Assembly (NCBI GenBank): GCA_963781585.1
Contig: CAWAGQ010000009.1
Span: 1-64,000, forward strand
Source: an uncultured Gemmatimonadaceae bacterium
Lineage (GTDB): Bacteria; Gemmatimonadota; Gemmatimonadetes; Gemmatimonadales; Gemmatimonadaceae
Direction: 5' to 3'
DNA: 64,000 nucleotides
Part shown: positions 1 to 9,626 of the stretch, in pieces
Position numbering within the stretch: position 1 is the stretch's first letter
Layout of the letters: each line of letters opens with the position of its first letter
Translations under genes and position numbers: made by a program
Notes under the pieces: model-generated
The model's database searches: none
Told to the model about the DNA's origin: nothing
The model's input: only the letters and a program-made list of their open reading frames with translations

Positions 1-294
1 ATCCAGCGCCTGCGTCCGCGCATGCTGCGTCCTGAGACCAGGGCGACGATGTCCGGGACGACTCCGGGAAGTACCGTGGCGGCGAACCCGATGGGCGCCG
101 GGCCCACGCTCTTGACGCCGGAAGTGTACATGAACGAGCGGCCGTACTCGACTGAGATCGCCGCCCTGCGCGACCTCCTGATCAGTAACATCTCGGAGAT
201 CCGGTTCCTGACGCCGTCGGAGGCACAGATGCGATGGGGATCCGGCCATCTCGGAGGAGTGATTCAGATAGTCACCGCCGACCGGCCGAAGTAG
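1..294 (+). CDS. TonB-plug-like small protein, 5'-truncated by window edge
   Basis: Frame open from base 1 (IQRLRPRML...). C-terminal EIRFLTPSEAQMRWGSGHLGGVIQIVT resembles the end of a TonB-receptor plug domain. Paralogous to 449..922. Confidence 0.7.
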   Translation: MQRLRPRMLRPETRATMSGTTPGSTVAANPMGAGPTLLTPEVYMNERPYSTEIAALRDLLISNISEIRFLTPSEAQMRWGSGHLGGVIQIVTADRPK

Positions 295-448
295 CGGCCC
301 CACTCATGCAAGGGTCTCGCGTCGGGTCGGCCCACCGACGACGCTTGCGGCATCATCAGACGGGCGGTACGGTCCATGGGGCTGGCAACGAGACGACTTT
401 GCGCACCAGGGAGCGCGCCGAGTCGTCCGCCGAACATCGGAGCAGGAC

Positions 449-922
449 ATGGAGCAGATCGTGAAACGCGAGAGTTGTCGGGCGCGGATGCTGTACGGCG
501 CCGCCGGAACCGTCATGCTCGCGCTCACCATGGCGTGCGCGAGCGGTGGCAACAGCTCGCGGGCCGCAGTCGGACCCCGGAAGGAACAGAATCTCATCGG
601 CCGGTCGGAACTGGCCGAGACGGCGGCAACCAACGCGTATGACGCGATCAACACGCTCCGTCCGCAGTGGTTTCGCAACGTGGGACGCGTGACCCTCACC
701 ATGCCAGCGGGGTCGGGAAACTCACCGGGCGCCCAGACGCGCACACCGGTGGTGTACTTCGATCAGCGCCCGTATGGGCCGGACCTGACGATCCTGCGAT
801 CCGTGGCAATCAACTCGATTCTGGAGCTGCGTTTTCTCTCCCCCTCGGAGGCGCAGATGAAATGGGGCGAGGGTCTCCTCGGGGGAGTGATCCAGGTCGT
901 CACGATGACGGGCACCCCCTGA
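449..922 (+). CDS. Stand-alone TonB-plug-like lipoprotein
   Basis: AGGA RBS before ATG, lipobox-like LTMAC, and YDAINTLRP...PVVYFD...ELRFLSPSEAQMKWGEGLLGGVIQVVT. No beta-barrel follows. Confidence 0.75.
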   Translation: MEQIVKRESCRARMLYGAAGTVMLALTMACASGGNSSRAAVGPRKEQNLIGRSELAETAATNAYDAINTLRPQWFRNVGRVTLTMPAGSGNSPGAQTRTPVVYFDQRPYGPDLTILRSVAINSILELRFLSPSEAQMKWGEGLLGGVIQVVTMTGTP

Positions 923-948
923 TTCCGCCGGCCGTATCCGGCAGCGCA

Positions 949-986
949 TCGCGGGGAGGGAGTTCACCTCTCCGCGAACTTTTTTT
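949..986 (+). terminator. Intrinsic terminator
   Basis: Stem TCGCGGGGAGG/CCTCTCCGCGA followed by ACTTTTTTT, just downstream of 449..922. Confidence 0.75.
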
Positions 987-1068
987 GCCGGTTCGGTCAC
1001 TTAGCTTGCGGTCCGCGATGCAGCCCCGTCCTGTTCGCGCGACGACACGAGCCGGAGTCAGTTTCCCA

Positions 1069-3105
1069 ATGAGCGTTGGATTGCGATGCCTGTCGTCAGG
1101 TCGTGCCCGGTTGCCGCTGGCGGCAATCACCCTGGTGATCACGGCACTGGCGTGCCGCGACACCCTGGACAGCGTCGACTCCCACGGCGACGTCGCTTCG
1201 CTGGAGGTAGTCCCGGCCACGGCGTGGCTTGCTCCCGGATCCACGCTCGCCCTCGGCGCCCGCGTGCTCAATGTGCAGGGGGACCTCTTGCAATCCGTAC
1301 CGGTTCTGTGGTCATCCTCCGACGCCGGCGTCGTTTCGATTTCATCGTCGGGCGAGGTCCGTGCCATTGCTCCCGGCACGGCACATGTCACGGCCCGTGC
1401 AGCCGGATTCCAGAGCGATGTCCTGATTACGGTCGCAAATGCTGCCGCACCTCTCGTGAGCTGGAGCGTTGAGGACGAGGGCATCACGGACGCCTCGCTG
1501 CTCGGGGCCTGGGCCGACGGACAGACGGGAGACGCCTTCGGTGTTGGACAGGCGGGCGTCGTGATGCACTCCTCAGTCGGCGTGTGGAGCCTCATGCCGA
1601 CCGGATCGGAGGAGACTTTCGTTGGCGTGTGGGGCTCGAGCGCGCACAACGTGTTCGCCGCAGGTACCAGCGGAGTGCTCTTCCGCTACGACGGCACCAC
1701 CTGGCGCGAGATGGCGAGCCCGACGAGCGCCACACTTCTCGGATGCTGGGGACTGGACGAGAACAACGTGTATGCCGTTGGCGTGGACGGAACGGTGGTT
1801 CACTGGAACGGATCGGTGTGGCAGGTGCAGTCGACCGGGACAGGCTGGGAGCTGTGGGAAATCTGGGGATCAGGACCGAACAACCTGTGGGCCGTCGGGC
1901 AGAACGGGATCATCGTGCACTACGATGGCGCGAATTGGGCGCCGGTCGAATCACCTACGGGACTGGCCCTGTTCGGCATCTGGGGCAGCGCACCCGACGA
2001 CATCTGGGCGGTCGGGATCTTCGGATTGGTGTTGCACTTCGATGGTAGCGCGTGGAGCAGGGTGCCCGCGCCAACCGAGCGAAACCTGTTCGCCGTGTGG
2101 GGTCGCGCGGCGAACGACGTGTATGCGGTAGGGAACACCGGCGCCATTCTCCACTTCGACGGGTCGGCGTGGAACGTCGTGACGGAGCCGGGAACCGGGG
2201 AGAACCTGCGCGCACTCTGGGGCGACAATGCCGGACGGGTTTTCGCGGCCGGCTGGGATGGCACCATCGTGCGCGGAACGGCCCAGAGCTGGATAACAGA
2301 GACGACATCTCCGGTGCTGACGTCGGTGTGGGGCGCCGATGCGAACACGGTCTGGGCCGCGGGCGCCGGCGGGACGCTGCTGAGGCGGCAGGGGGGACAC
2401 TGGGGCCTCGAGGACGTCCCGCCGGCGCATCCCCTCTACGGATTGTTCGGAACGAGCGGGAGCAACGTCTACGCGGTCGGCGACACGGGAACGATCCTCC
2501 ACTACGATGGCGCGCACTGGAACGCCGAGACGAGTCCAACGCGGGTGTTGTTGCGTTCGGTGTGGGCGGCCGGCCCCGAGCTGGTGTTCATCGTCGGCGA
2601 AGACGGGGTGATTCTCCTGTCCACACCTGGGGGATGGGCCCAGGTGCCGAGTCCCACGCAGGGATTCCTCAGACATGTGTGGGGGCTGGCGCCGGACAAT
2701 GTCTACGCGGTGGGCGACTCGGGGGCCGTAGTACACTTCGACGGATCGCGGTGGTCGCTCCAGTCGACACCCACCCAGGAGCTGCTCCGTGGCGTGTGGG
2801 GCAGCGGGCCCAACGACATCTTCGCCGTCGGCGAAGCCGGGACGATCCTTCGCTACGACGGCGTGCGCTGGTACACGATGTCGAGTCCCACCACGAAGGC
2901 TTTGCGGACCGTGTGGGGGACCGGCCCGATGGATGTGTATGCTGCCGGCGAGGATGGGACACTCGTCCGATTCGACGGCGCCGGGTGGACCACCGTCGCA
3001 TCGCCGACGGACCGCTTGCTGATACAGATGTGGGGTCCGCCGGGTGGCGCGAGCGTGTACGCTGTCGGACTTGTAACAACGATCGTTCGAGGGATCCGGC
3101 CGTAA
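1069..3105 (+). CDS. Lipoprotein with one Ig-like (Big_2) domain and 14 ~39-aa beta-propeller blade repeats
   Basis: Lipobox ALAC, Big_2 signature WSSSDAGVVSISSSGEVRAIAPG, then repeats of LxxVWGxxxxDVYAVGxxGxILHYDGxxW. Start could be 1018 or 1069. Confidence 0.8.
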   Translation: MSVGLRCLSSGRARLPLAAITLVITALACRDTLDSVDSHGDVASLEVVPATAWLAPGSTLALGARVLNVQGDLLQSVPVLWSSSDAGVVSISSSGEVRAIAPGTAHVTARAAGFQSDVLITVANAAAPLVSWSVEDEGITDASLLGAWADGQTGDAFGVGQAGVVMHSSVGVWSLMPTGSEETFVGVWGSSAHNVFAAGTSGVLFRYDGTTWREMASPTSATLLGCWGLDENNVYAVGVDGTVVHWNGSVWQVQSTGTGWELWEIWGSGPNNLWAVGQNGIIVHYDGANWAPVESPTGLALFGIWGSAPDDIWAVGIFGLVLHFDGSAWSRVPAPTERNLFAVWGRAANDVYAVGNTGAILHFDGSAWNVVTEPGTGENLRALWGDNAGRVFAAGWDGTIVRGTAQSWITETTSPVLTSVWGADANTVWAAGAGGTLLRRQGGHWGLEDVPPAHPLYGLFGTSGSNVYAVGDTGTILHYDGAHWNAETSPTRVLLRSVWAAGPELVFIVGEDGVILLSTPGGWAQVPSPTQGFLRHVWGLAPDNVYAVGDSGAVVHFDGSRWSLQSTPTQELLRGVWGSGPNDIFAVGEAGTILRYDGVRWYTMSSPTTKALRTVWGTGPMDVYAAGEDGTLVRFDGAGWTTVASPTDRLLIQMWGPPGGASVYAVGLVTTIVRGIRP

Positions 3106-3127
3106 CGGTGGAGAGCCGTGCGCGGTA

Positions 3128-5236
3128 CTAGACCTCCACGACCTCCTCCTTCTTCTCCTTGGCCGATTCTTCGACGACCTTATGGGATGCCTCCGGTGGC
3201 ATCTGCTCGTATCCGTGGAAGCGCCGGATGAAGGTCCCACGACCATGGGTCATGGAGTTCAGGTCGGTGCCGTAGAGGTGCAGCTCGGCCTGCGGCACAT
3301 AGCCGCGCACCTTGGTACCGCCTCCATCTGCGGCCTCGGTGCCCAGAATCTGGCCGCGCCGGGATGACAGGTTGCCCATCACGTCACCGAGATACTCATC
3401 GGGAGTAGTGATCTCGATATGGTCGATGGGCTCCAACAGCACCGGCCGGCATTTTGGCGCGACTGTCCGGAAGGCGAGAATCCCGGCCATCTTGAACGAC
3501 ATCTCGTTTGAGTCGACCGAATGGTACGAGCCGTCGAACAGCTCGACTTCGAAATCCACCATGGGATATCCCGCGAGGACGCCGCGGGCCGACGACTCCT
3601 GAATTCCCTTGTCCACGGCCGGGATGAATTTTGAGGGGATCACGCCCCCGACGATCTTGTCCACGAACGAGAAGCCCGCGCCCCGTTGCTGCGGCTTCAT
3701 CCGGATCCAGCAGTCGCCGAACTGCCCGCGGCCGCCGGTCTGCTTCTTGTGCCGCCCCTGGCCCTCGGCCCGCGCCGTGATGGTCTCGCGATAGGCGATC
3801 TTGGGGCGCGTGAGTTCCGCCGAAACGCCATATTTGCGCTTGAGGCGCGCGAGCGAGACCTCGAGATGGCGTTCGCCCAGGCCGGAGATAATGGTCTCGT
3901 GGGTCTCGCTGTTGTAGTGCGTCTCGAACGTGGGATCCTCGTCGTGGAGCCGGTGCAGGCCAAGCTGGAGCTTCTCCTCGTCGTGGCGCGCCGAGGCGTG
4001 GATCGCGAACTGCACCAGTTCTTCCGGGAAGGCCATCTGGGGCAACCGCGTCGGGTGTTCGCGCGTGGACAGCGTGTCGTTGGTGTGCGTGTTGCGCAGC
4101 TTGGCCACGCAGCCGATGTCGCCGGCGTGGAGGATGGGGACCTCGATACGGTCCTTTCCCTGCGTAACGCACAAATGACCCATTTTCTCGACGCCGTCAC
4201 GCGTGGCGTTGTACACCTCCTGGCCGTTGCTCACCGTGCCCTGGTAGATGCGGAAGAACGAGACATCGCCGACGTGGGGCTCGGAGTGCGTCTTGAACAC
4301 GAGCGCGCTGAACGGCAGGGCGTCGTCGGCATGGATCTCGATGGTGCTTTCGCCCTCGGCGCCCTTGAACGCGTGCAATTCCTCCATTTCGTAGGCTGAC
4401 GGCATGAGTTGCACGATCTCGGTCAGCAACGCATGGATGCCGATCATGTGGTCGGCGGAGACGCAGAAGAGCGGATACAGGTCTCCGCGCTTCATGGCCT
4501 CCTTCATCCCGTGAATGGCCTCGTCTCGTCCGATCTCAGCCCCTTCCAGATAGCGCTCGAGCAGTTCGTCATCGGTCGCGGAGATCGCTTCGATTAGCTC
4601 CTGGTAGTACTTGTCGAAATGTGCGCGCTCTCCTGCCGGCACGTCGGCCTCTTCATACTCCCCGGCCTTGGAAGAGGTCTTGTAGAGATAGGCCTTTCTG
4701 GCGAACAGGTTGATCACGCCGTGAAAGCCGGCGCCCTCGCCGAGGGGGATCTCGACCGGGATGACTTTCGCCGTGAGCCGGTCCTTGATCTGCTGATAGA
4801 CGCGCTCGAAGTCGGCGTGCTCCTTGTCCATCATGCTGACCACGAAGAGCACTGGATCGCCCCGCGACGTGGCCTGGGAGAACATTTTTTCCGTACCAAC
4901 CTCGACGCCGGACGACGCGGCTACCACGCACAGGGCGCCGTCGGCAGCCGCCAGCCCGGCCACGGCATCTCCGTGAAAATCCAGGTATCCCGGCGTGTCG
5001 ATGAGGTTCACCTTCGCGTCACTCCATTCGCTGTACGCCACCCCGACGTTGATGGAGTACCCGCGCTCGATTTCCTCCGGCGTGTTGTCCGTGAGCGTCG
5101 TTCCGTCCTTGATCGAACCGTGTCGTTTACTTGAGCCGGACACGAAGGCGAGGGCGTCGACGAGAGTCGTCTTGCCGCTCGCACCGTGTCCGACAACCGC
5201 CACATTTCTGATGTCTGCTGCCCGATATTCCCGCAT
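3128..5236 (-). CDS. fusA: Elongation factor G paralogue (EF-G2/FusA2-like) with degenerate G-domain motifs
   Basis: 702 aa with GHGASGKTT, ERGYSI, DTPGYLDF, LGERHLEV, AYRETIT, KKQTGGRGQFG, DGSYHSVDSNEMSF and LLEPI. Confidence 0.92.
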   Translation of the reverse strand: MREYRAADIRNVAVVGHGASGKTTLVDALAFVSGSSKRHGSIKDGTTLTDNTPEEIERGYSINVGVAYSEWSDAKVNLIDTPGYLDFHGDAVAGLAAADGALCVVAASSGVEVGTEKMFSQATSRGDPVLFVVSMMDKEHADFERVYQQIKDRLTAKVIPVEIPLGEGAGFHGVINLFARKAYLYKTSSKAGEYEEADVPAGERAHFDKYYQELIEAISATDDELLERYLEGAEIGRDEAIHGMKEAMKRGDLYPLFCVSADHMIGIHALLTEIVQLMPSAYEMEELHAFKGAEGESTIEIHADDALPFSALVFKTHSEPHVGDVSFFRIYQGTVSNGQEVYNATRDGVEKMGHLCVTQGKDRIEVPILHAGDIGCVAKLRNTHTNDTLSTREHPTRLPQMAFPEELVQFAIHASARHDEEKLQLGLHRLHDEDPTFETHYNSETHETIISGLGERHLEVSLARLKRKYGVSAELTRPKIAYRETITARAEGQGRHKKQTGGRGQFGDCWIRMKPQQRGAGFSFVDKIVGGVIPSKFIPAVDKGIQESSARGVLAGYPMVDFEVELFDGSYHSVDSNEMSFKMAGILAFRTVAPKCRPVLLEPIDHIEITTPDEYLGDVMGNLSSRRGQILGTEAADGGGTKVRGYVPQAELHLYGTDLNSMTHGRGTFIRRFHGYEQMPPEASHKVVEESAKEKKEEVVEV

Positions 5237-5404
5237 TCCGTGTGTCCTCTCCGCGCTGGTGATTGTATGGGTAGAGCGTGTCGCGTGGATGAGGGCGCGT
5301 CAAGGGAGCGCGGGAGACGGCAGCCGACGCGCTCGGAGCGGCGCGGGCAGGCTGAGCCGGAGCGCAATTGCTCGCGCGTTCCGTGCGGTCTGGCAGCCCG
5401 GCAC

Positions 5405-5442
5405 CAAGAAGAACGGGCCGCGGACGGTGTCCGCGGCCCGTT
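5405..5442 (-). terminator. Probable intrinsic terminator of the 5471..6010 gene
   Basis: Perfect 14-bp stem AACGGGCCGCGGAC/GTCCGCGGCCCGTT with 3-nt loop. On the minus strand it is followed by CTTCTT. Confidence 0.65.
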
Positions 5443-5470
5443 TCAGATCAGACGTGAGAATCTCGCTCGC

Positions 5471-6010
5471 TCAGTCTCCTTCGTTATCGAACGTGAACCC
5501 GTCGCTCTGGCGATACAGTTCCAGCAGCGCGTCGACGCGCGCCCCAGCCCCGACGGGAAGAATCGCATACGGCGTCAGCGAGAAGCTGATCGCGCGGCGG
5601 GCCCCTTCCGGCCAATCCGGCATCGACAGCCCGGCCACCAGTCGGCGAATGGCCAGACCGCATTCGTCCAGCAACCGATTCGCTGTGTCACGGATAACGT
5701 CGTAGGGAATCGTGAGATCGCGGGTAACGAGTTCGCCGGTGCTCTCGTCCCGCCACGCCGCGTCTCCGATCGCCCCGCGTTCGGGCCACAACCCGAGGTG
5801 GCGAATCGTGTCCGACCGCTCCGTGGGCTCACGCCGGGACTCCATCGCCGCCGCCAGGGCCATGGCAAGCGATTCGGGCGTGGCTTCCCCGTACAGTGTC
5901 ACCACGTCTCGTGCCCGCCGATCCGAGTTGAGCGGCGACGGCACGGAGTTCACGTGCGCAAGCACGGTGGAGTGTTCGGACGTTTCCTCGAGCATCACGA
6001 GGACATCCAT
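5471..6010 (-). CDS. Hypothetical protein (179 aa, acidic)
   Basis: Strong SD (AGGGAGGAG) before ATG at 6010 and its own downstream hairpin. No recognised domain. Confidence 0.7.
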   Translation of the reverse strand: MDVLVMLEETSEHSTVLAHVNSVPSPLNSDRRARDVVTLYGEATPESLAMALAAAMESRREPTERSDTIRHLGLWPERGAIGDAAWRDESTGELVTRDLTIPYDVIRDTANRLLDECGLAIRRLVAGLSMPDWPEGARRAISFSLTPYAILPVGAGARVDALLELYRQSDGFTFDNEGD

Positions 6011-6133
6011 TGTGCTTGTCTCCTCCCTGCTGCCAGGAAAAAACGCTCCGAGGACGATCGCGAGCCGGTGTGCGCGCAGAGTCATCAGCGGAGCGGGGAC
6101 CCTACATTGCGTAAGACCCCGCGTGCCAGCGAT

Positions 6134-6160
6134 CCGACACACCGCATTTGCAAAGGTTCC
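6134..6160 (-). promoter_or_regulatory. Putative ECF-sigma promoter
   Basis: Minus strand reads GGAACC-N16-GTCGG, matching the GGAAC...GTC pattern of ECF promoters, about 125 nt upstream of the 6010 start. Confidence 0.35.
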
Positions 6161-6248
6161 GTGACGAACGCGTCGCGGCGCGCATGATCGGAACTCACCG
6201 CATCCGCATGATGAACGGACGCGGTCACGGCCGTCGGGCTGCCATCTG

Positions 6249-6689
6249 CTATGCTCGCGCAATTCGCATACCCAGCAACAGCGATGTTGCGAAGAGCAGG
6301 AGGAGCAGCAACGTCTGAGGCAGCGACCGGGCTGCCATGACGCCGGCGCCGAGGGCGCCGGGTGCCACCGTCCGCGTCAGCAAGCCGACCACTGAGGTGA
6401 ACACCAGGGCAGCGACGATCGACGGCACCCGGCGAAGAGGTGTGGCAACGACGCTGAAGCAGATCCCCCACAGGAGCATCCAGGCGGTGTGCAGGACGAT
6501 CCCGAACACGGTGGCGAAGCCGGCCGACGCTACCAGCCCGGTCGTCGCCGCGATGGTCGCTCGTCCGGCGACCAGGAACGGCGCGAGCGCCGAGTCTTCC
6601 CGGAGTCCGTATCCGACGATAACACCGGCCGTCGTGGCGGACGCCAGGAGCCCGGTTCGTACGCCGGCGGCAAGGCGGGAGGAGGACAC
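6249..6689 (-). CDS. Hypothetical multi-pass membrane protein
   Basis: 146-aa ORF with about four hydrophobic segments. Start uncertain. Confidence 0.65.
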   Translation of the reverse strand: MSSSRLAAGVRTGLLASATTAGVIVGYGLREDSALAPFLVAGRATIAATTGLVASAGFATVFGIVLHTAWMLLWGICFSVVATPLRRVPSIVAALVFTSVVGLLTRTVAPGALGAGVMAARSLPQTLLLLLLFATSLLLGMRIARA

Positions 6690-6773
6690 GCGGGAAAGGA
6701 ATCGACGCCACCAGCATCGCTCAAGGGGCGAGGTTGTCTAGGAAGCTGGCGAGCCCGATAATAGAATGTGACG

Positions 6774-7481
6774 ATGCAGACATCCGAGACCAGACACGTG
6801 GCCGCGAGCATCCTGGTAGTCGAGGACGCCCGCGAGGTGCTCTCCGTCCTGGAGCGCACCCTCGCGGATTCGGGGTTTACGGTCTTCACGGCGGTAGACG
6901 GGGAGGCAGGGCTGCAACTGGCTCTCGATCGCCGCCCGGACCTGGTCATCCTCGACATCGGACTGCCCAAACTCGACGGCTACGACGTGGCGCGTGAACT
7001 GCGCGCGCGCGGCTTCACCAATCCGGTGCTGATGCTCACGGCCCGGGGAACCATCTCCGACAAGGTCGAGGGCTTCGACGCTGGCGCCGACGACTACCTC
7101 GCCAAGCCGTTCAGCTACGACGAACTACTCGCTCGCGTCAAGGCGCTGCTGCGCCGATCGGCCCTCCGTACCGACCTCGCGATGATCCGCGTCGGCGATC
7201 TCACCATCGACCCGTTCTCGCGTGACGTCAGGCGGGGAGCGCGCGAGATCACCCTGACGCAGAAGGAGTACTCCCTGCTCGAGTACCTGGCGCGGCACGC
7301 GGGTATGGCCATGACCCGCGAGTCGATTTCACAAGCCGTGTGGAAGCAGGAATTCGACCCGACCACAAATATCGTGGACGTCTACATCAATTATCTGCGC
7401 AAGAAGGTCGACCACGAGGGAGATTCCCAGCTCCTCCATACCGTCCGAGGCGTCGGTTACGTACTGAAGCCCGAGGGCTGA
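6774..7481 (+). CDS. OmpR/PhoB-family response regulator (no adjacent kinase)
   Basis: ILVVED, LVILDIGLP, LMLTARG, GADDYLAKPF and winged-helix LLHTVRGVGY. Start is ATG 6774 or GTG 6768. Confidence 0.93.
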   Translation: MQTSETRHVAASILVVEDAREVLSVLERTLADSGFTVFTAVDGEAGLQLALDRRPDLVILDIGLPKLDGYDVARELRARGFTNPVLMLTARGTISDKVEGFDAGADDYLAKPFSYDELLARVKALLRRSALRTDLAMIRVGDLTIDPFSRDVRRGAREITLTQKEYSLLEYLARHAGMAMTRESISQAVWKQEFDPTTNIVDVYINYLRKKVDHEGDSQLLHTVRGVGYVLKPEG

Positions 7482-7596
7482 CGAAGCACCGTGCGCCCTG
7501 GCCGAAGTTGCCGGCCACCCCACGATGGGATCTCCCTTCACACCTCGGGGTCTGGTGCGTCTATACGTGTCAGACTCGAAAGTCCGGAGCCCAGCG

Positions 7597-9543
7597 ATGC
7601 GCCGATTCGCCTCCTTTTCCGTCTTCGCCGCGGTGGTCACGGTCGTCGGCACTGCCGCCGTCCGGGCCAACGGACCGATCGCTCGTGCGAACGCCGCCCC
7701 CCGGGAGCTGACGCCGCGTGAGCAGGCGGTGCAGGCCCTGAACCGCCTCGCTTTCGGTCCGCGGCCGGGAGAGGTCGATCAGGTGCTGCGTATGGGCGTG
7801 GACAAGTGGATCGAGGCACAGCTCCACCCGGAGCGGATCGACGACCGCAAGACCGCGGCTGTGCTGGCCGCCTACCCGAATCTCGGGCGCTCGGCGACCG
7901 ATCTCATGCGCAGTTATCCGCCCGCGGCGGCGATTCAGGCGCGCGCGCGGCTCTCGGGGACGTCCATGACGCCGCAGGACAGCACGCAGCTGCGACGCAT
8001 GCTGCAGGCGAATCGGGCGTTCGCGGGCGAGATCCTGTCGGCCAAGGTGGCACGGGCGGTGGTGAGCGATCGCGAGCTCGAAGAAGTGATGACCGATTTC
8101 TGGGAGAATCACTTCACTGTCTTCATCGGCAAGGGCCAGCAGATCCGGTACTACATTCCTGACTTCGATCGAGAGACGATCCGGCCCCACGCGCTGGGCA
8201 AGTTCCGCGATCTGCTGGGTGCCGTGGCCAAGAGCCCGGCGATGCTGTTCTATCTCGACAATGCACAAAGCGTGGCCGACAGCGGCCGACCGACGCTGGC
8301 GGCGAGTCGCGGACGGCAGGGTGGACGTGGGGTGGTGGTACCGCGACGTCCGAATCCTGCGCGCCGCCCCGGTCTGGGCGGACGGCCCGTCGGGGGCCGT
8401 GGCCAGCTGCCGCCGGACATTCGTGATCGAATCGCGCGACGCGACACGGCCGGTCTTCCCGATCGCGCCCAGGCGGTGATCCGGCAGCTGCAGCAGCGCC
8501 GGCCGCGGGGCATCAACGAGAACTACGCGCGCGAGTTGCTGGAACTGCACACGTTGGGAGTGGACGGTGGGTATACGCAGCAGGACGTGATCCAGGTCGC
8601 CAGAGCGCTGACCGGATGGAGCATCGAGCCGCCGCGTTCGGGTCGCTCCGGATTCCTGTTCCGACCCGAAGTGCACGACGCCGGCGAGAAGGTAGTTCTG
8701 GGGCGCCGCCTGAAGGCAGGGCGAGGAATCGAGGACGGCGAAGAGGTGCTCGACATTCTGGCCCGAAGCCCATCCACGGCGCGCTTCATCGCGCGGAAGC
8801 TTTGTGTGCGGCTCGTCAGCGATACGCCCCCGGCCTCGCTGGTCGATCGCGCCACTGCCGCATTCTCCCGAACCGACGGCGATATCCGCGAAGTGGTGAA
8901 GACCATCGTCACGTCACCCGAATTCTTTTCGCGCGCCGCCTTCCACACGAAAGTAAAGTCACCCTTCGAGGTCACGGTGAGCGCGTTGCGCGCGATCGGC
9001 GCCGCGGCGGACACCACGCCCCGGACGGCCGCGATCGTGGCGTTTCTCGGCCAGCCCATCTTCGGCCACCAGGCGCCTAACGGCTGGCCCGAAACCGGCG
9101 AGGCCTGGATGAACACCGGGGCGATCCTGAATCGCATCAACTTTGGACTGGCGGTTGCGGCGGGGCGGCTGCCGGGAGCGGCGCTGAGCGCGTGGCCACT
9201 CTACGACAGCCTGTCGCGGAGCAGCCGCGAGACGCAGGTGAACGGCGTTATCGACGCCCTGCTGGGGGGTGAGGCGTCTCCGGAAACGCGGGAGATCCTC
9301 AGCTCGGGAACCAACCCGCTGCTGGCCGGAGGGACGCCGGCTTCCACGGTCATGCCCGACAGCGGCGGAATGACGGGTAACGACATGACAGGCGGTGCGC
9401 GCGGACGGGGACGACCCGCACCGGGTGGGCTGCCAGGACCCGGACGCGGGGGGCGCGGTGGACTCGGTCGCATCCCCGCACTGAACGGGCTGGCGCAAGT
9501 GGTGGGACTGGCACTCGGAAGCCCGGAGTTTCAGCGAAGATAA
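7597..9543 (+). CDS. DUF1800 family protein
   Basis: LNRLAFGPRPG, MTDFWENHF, PAMLFYLDN, NENYARELLELHTLG, PNGWP, C-terminal SPEFQRR and an N-terminal signal peptide. Confidence 0.9.
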   Translation: MRRFASFSVFAAVVTVVGTAAVRANGPIARANAAPRELTPREQAVQALNRLAFGPRPGEVDQVLRMGVDKWIEAQLHPERIDDRKTAAVLAAYPNLGRSATDLMRSYPPAAAIQARARLSGTSMTPQDSTQLRRMLQANRAFAGEILSAKVARAVVSDRELEEVMTDFWENHFTVFIGKGQQIRYYIPDFDRETIRPHALGKFRDLLGAVAKSPAMLFYLDNAQSVADSGRPTLAASRGRQGGRGVVVPRRPNPARRPGLGGRPVGGRGQLPPDIRDRIARRDTAGLPDRAQAVIRQLQQRRPRGINENYARELLELHTLGVDGGYTQQDVIQVARALTGWSIEPPRSGRSGFLFRPEVHDAGEKVVLGRRLKAGRGIEDGEEVLDILARSPSTARFIARKLCVRLVSDTPPASLVDRATAAFSRTDGDIREVVKTIVTSPEFFSRAAFHTKVKSPFEVTVSALRAIGAAADTTPRTAAIVAFLGQPIFGHQAPNGWPETGEAWMNTGAILNRINFGLAVAAGRLPGAALSAWPLYDSLSRSSRETQVNGVIDALLGGEASPETREILSSGTNPLLAGGTPASTVMPDSGGMTGNDMTGGARGRGRPAPGGLPGPGRGGRGGLGRIPALNGLAQVVGLALGSPEFQRR

Positions 9544-9626
9544 GACGACTCCGGGGCGTCGCGCTCACACAGGCTGCGCGCTGCAGGTGTGCGTCCCGGC
9601 GAGACAGGTTCGACACGGAGATCGAC

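Noticed and set aside
6075..6125. GCTGATGACTCT on the minus strand as a second fluoride riboswitch or hammerhead core
   Set aside because: It lacks the GATGGAGT P1 loop partner for a fluoride aptamer and the GAAA core for a hammerhead.
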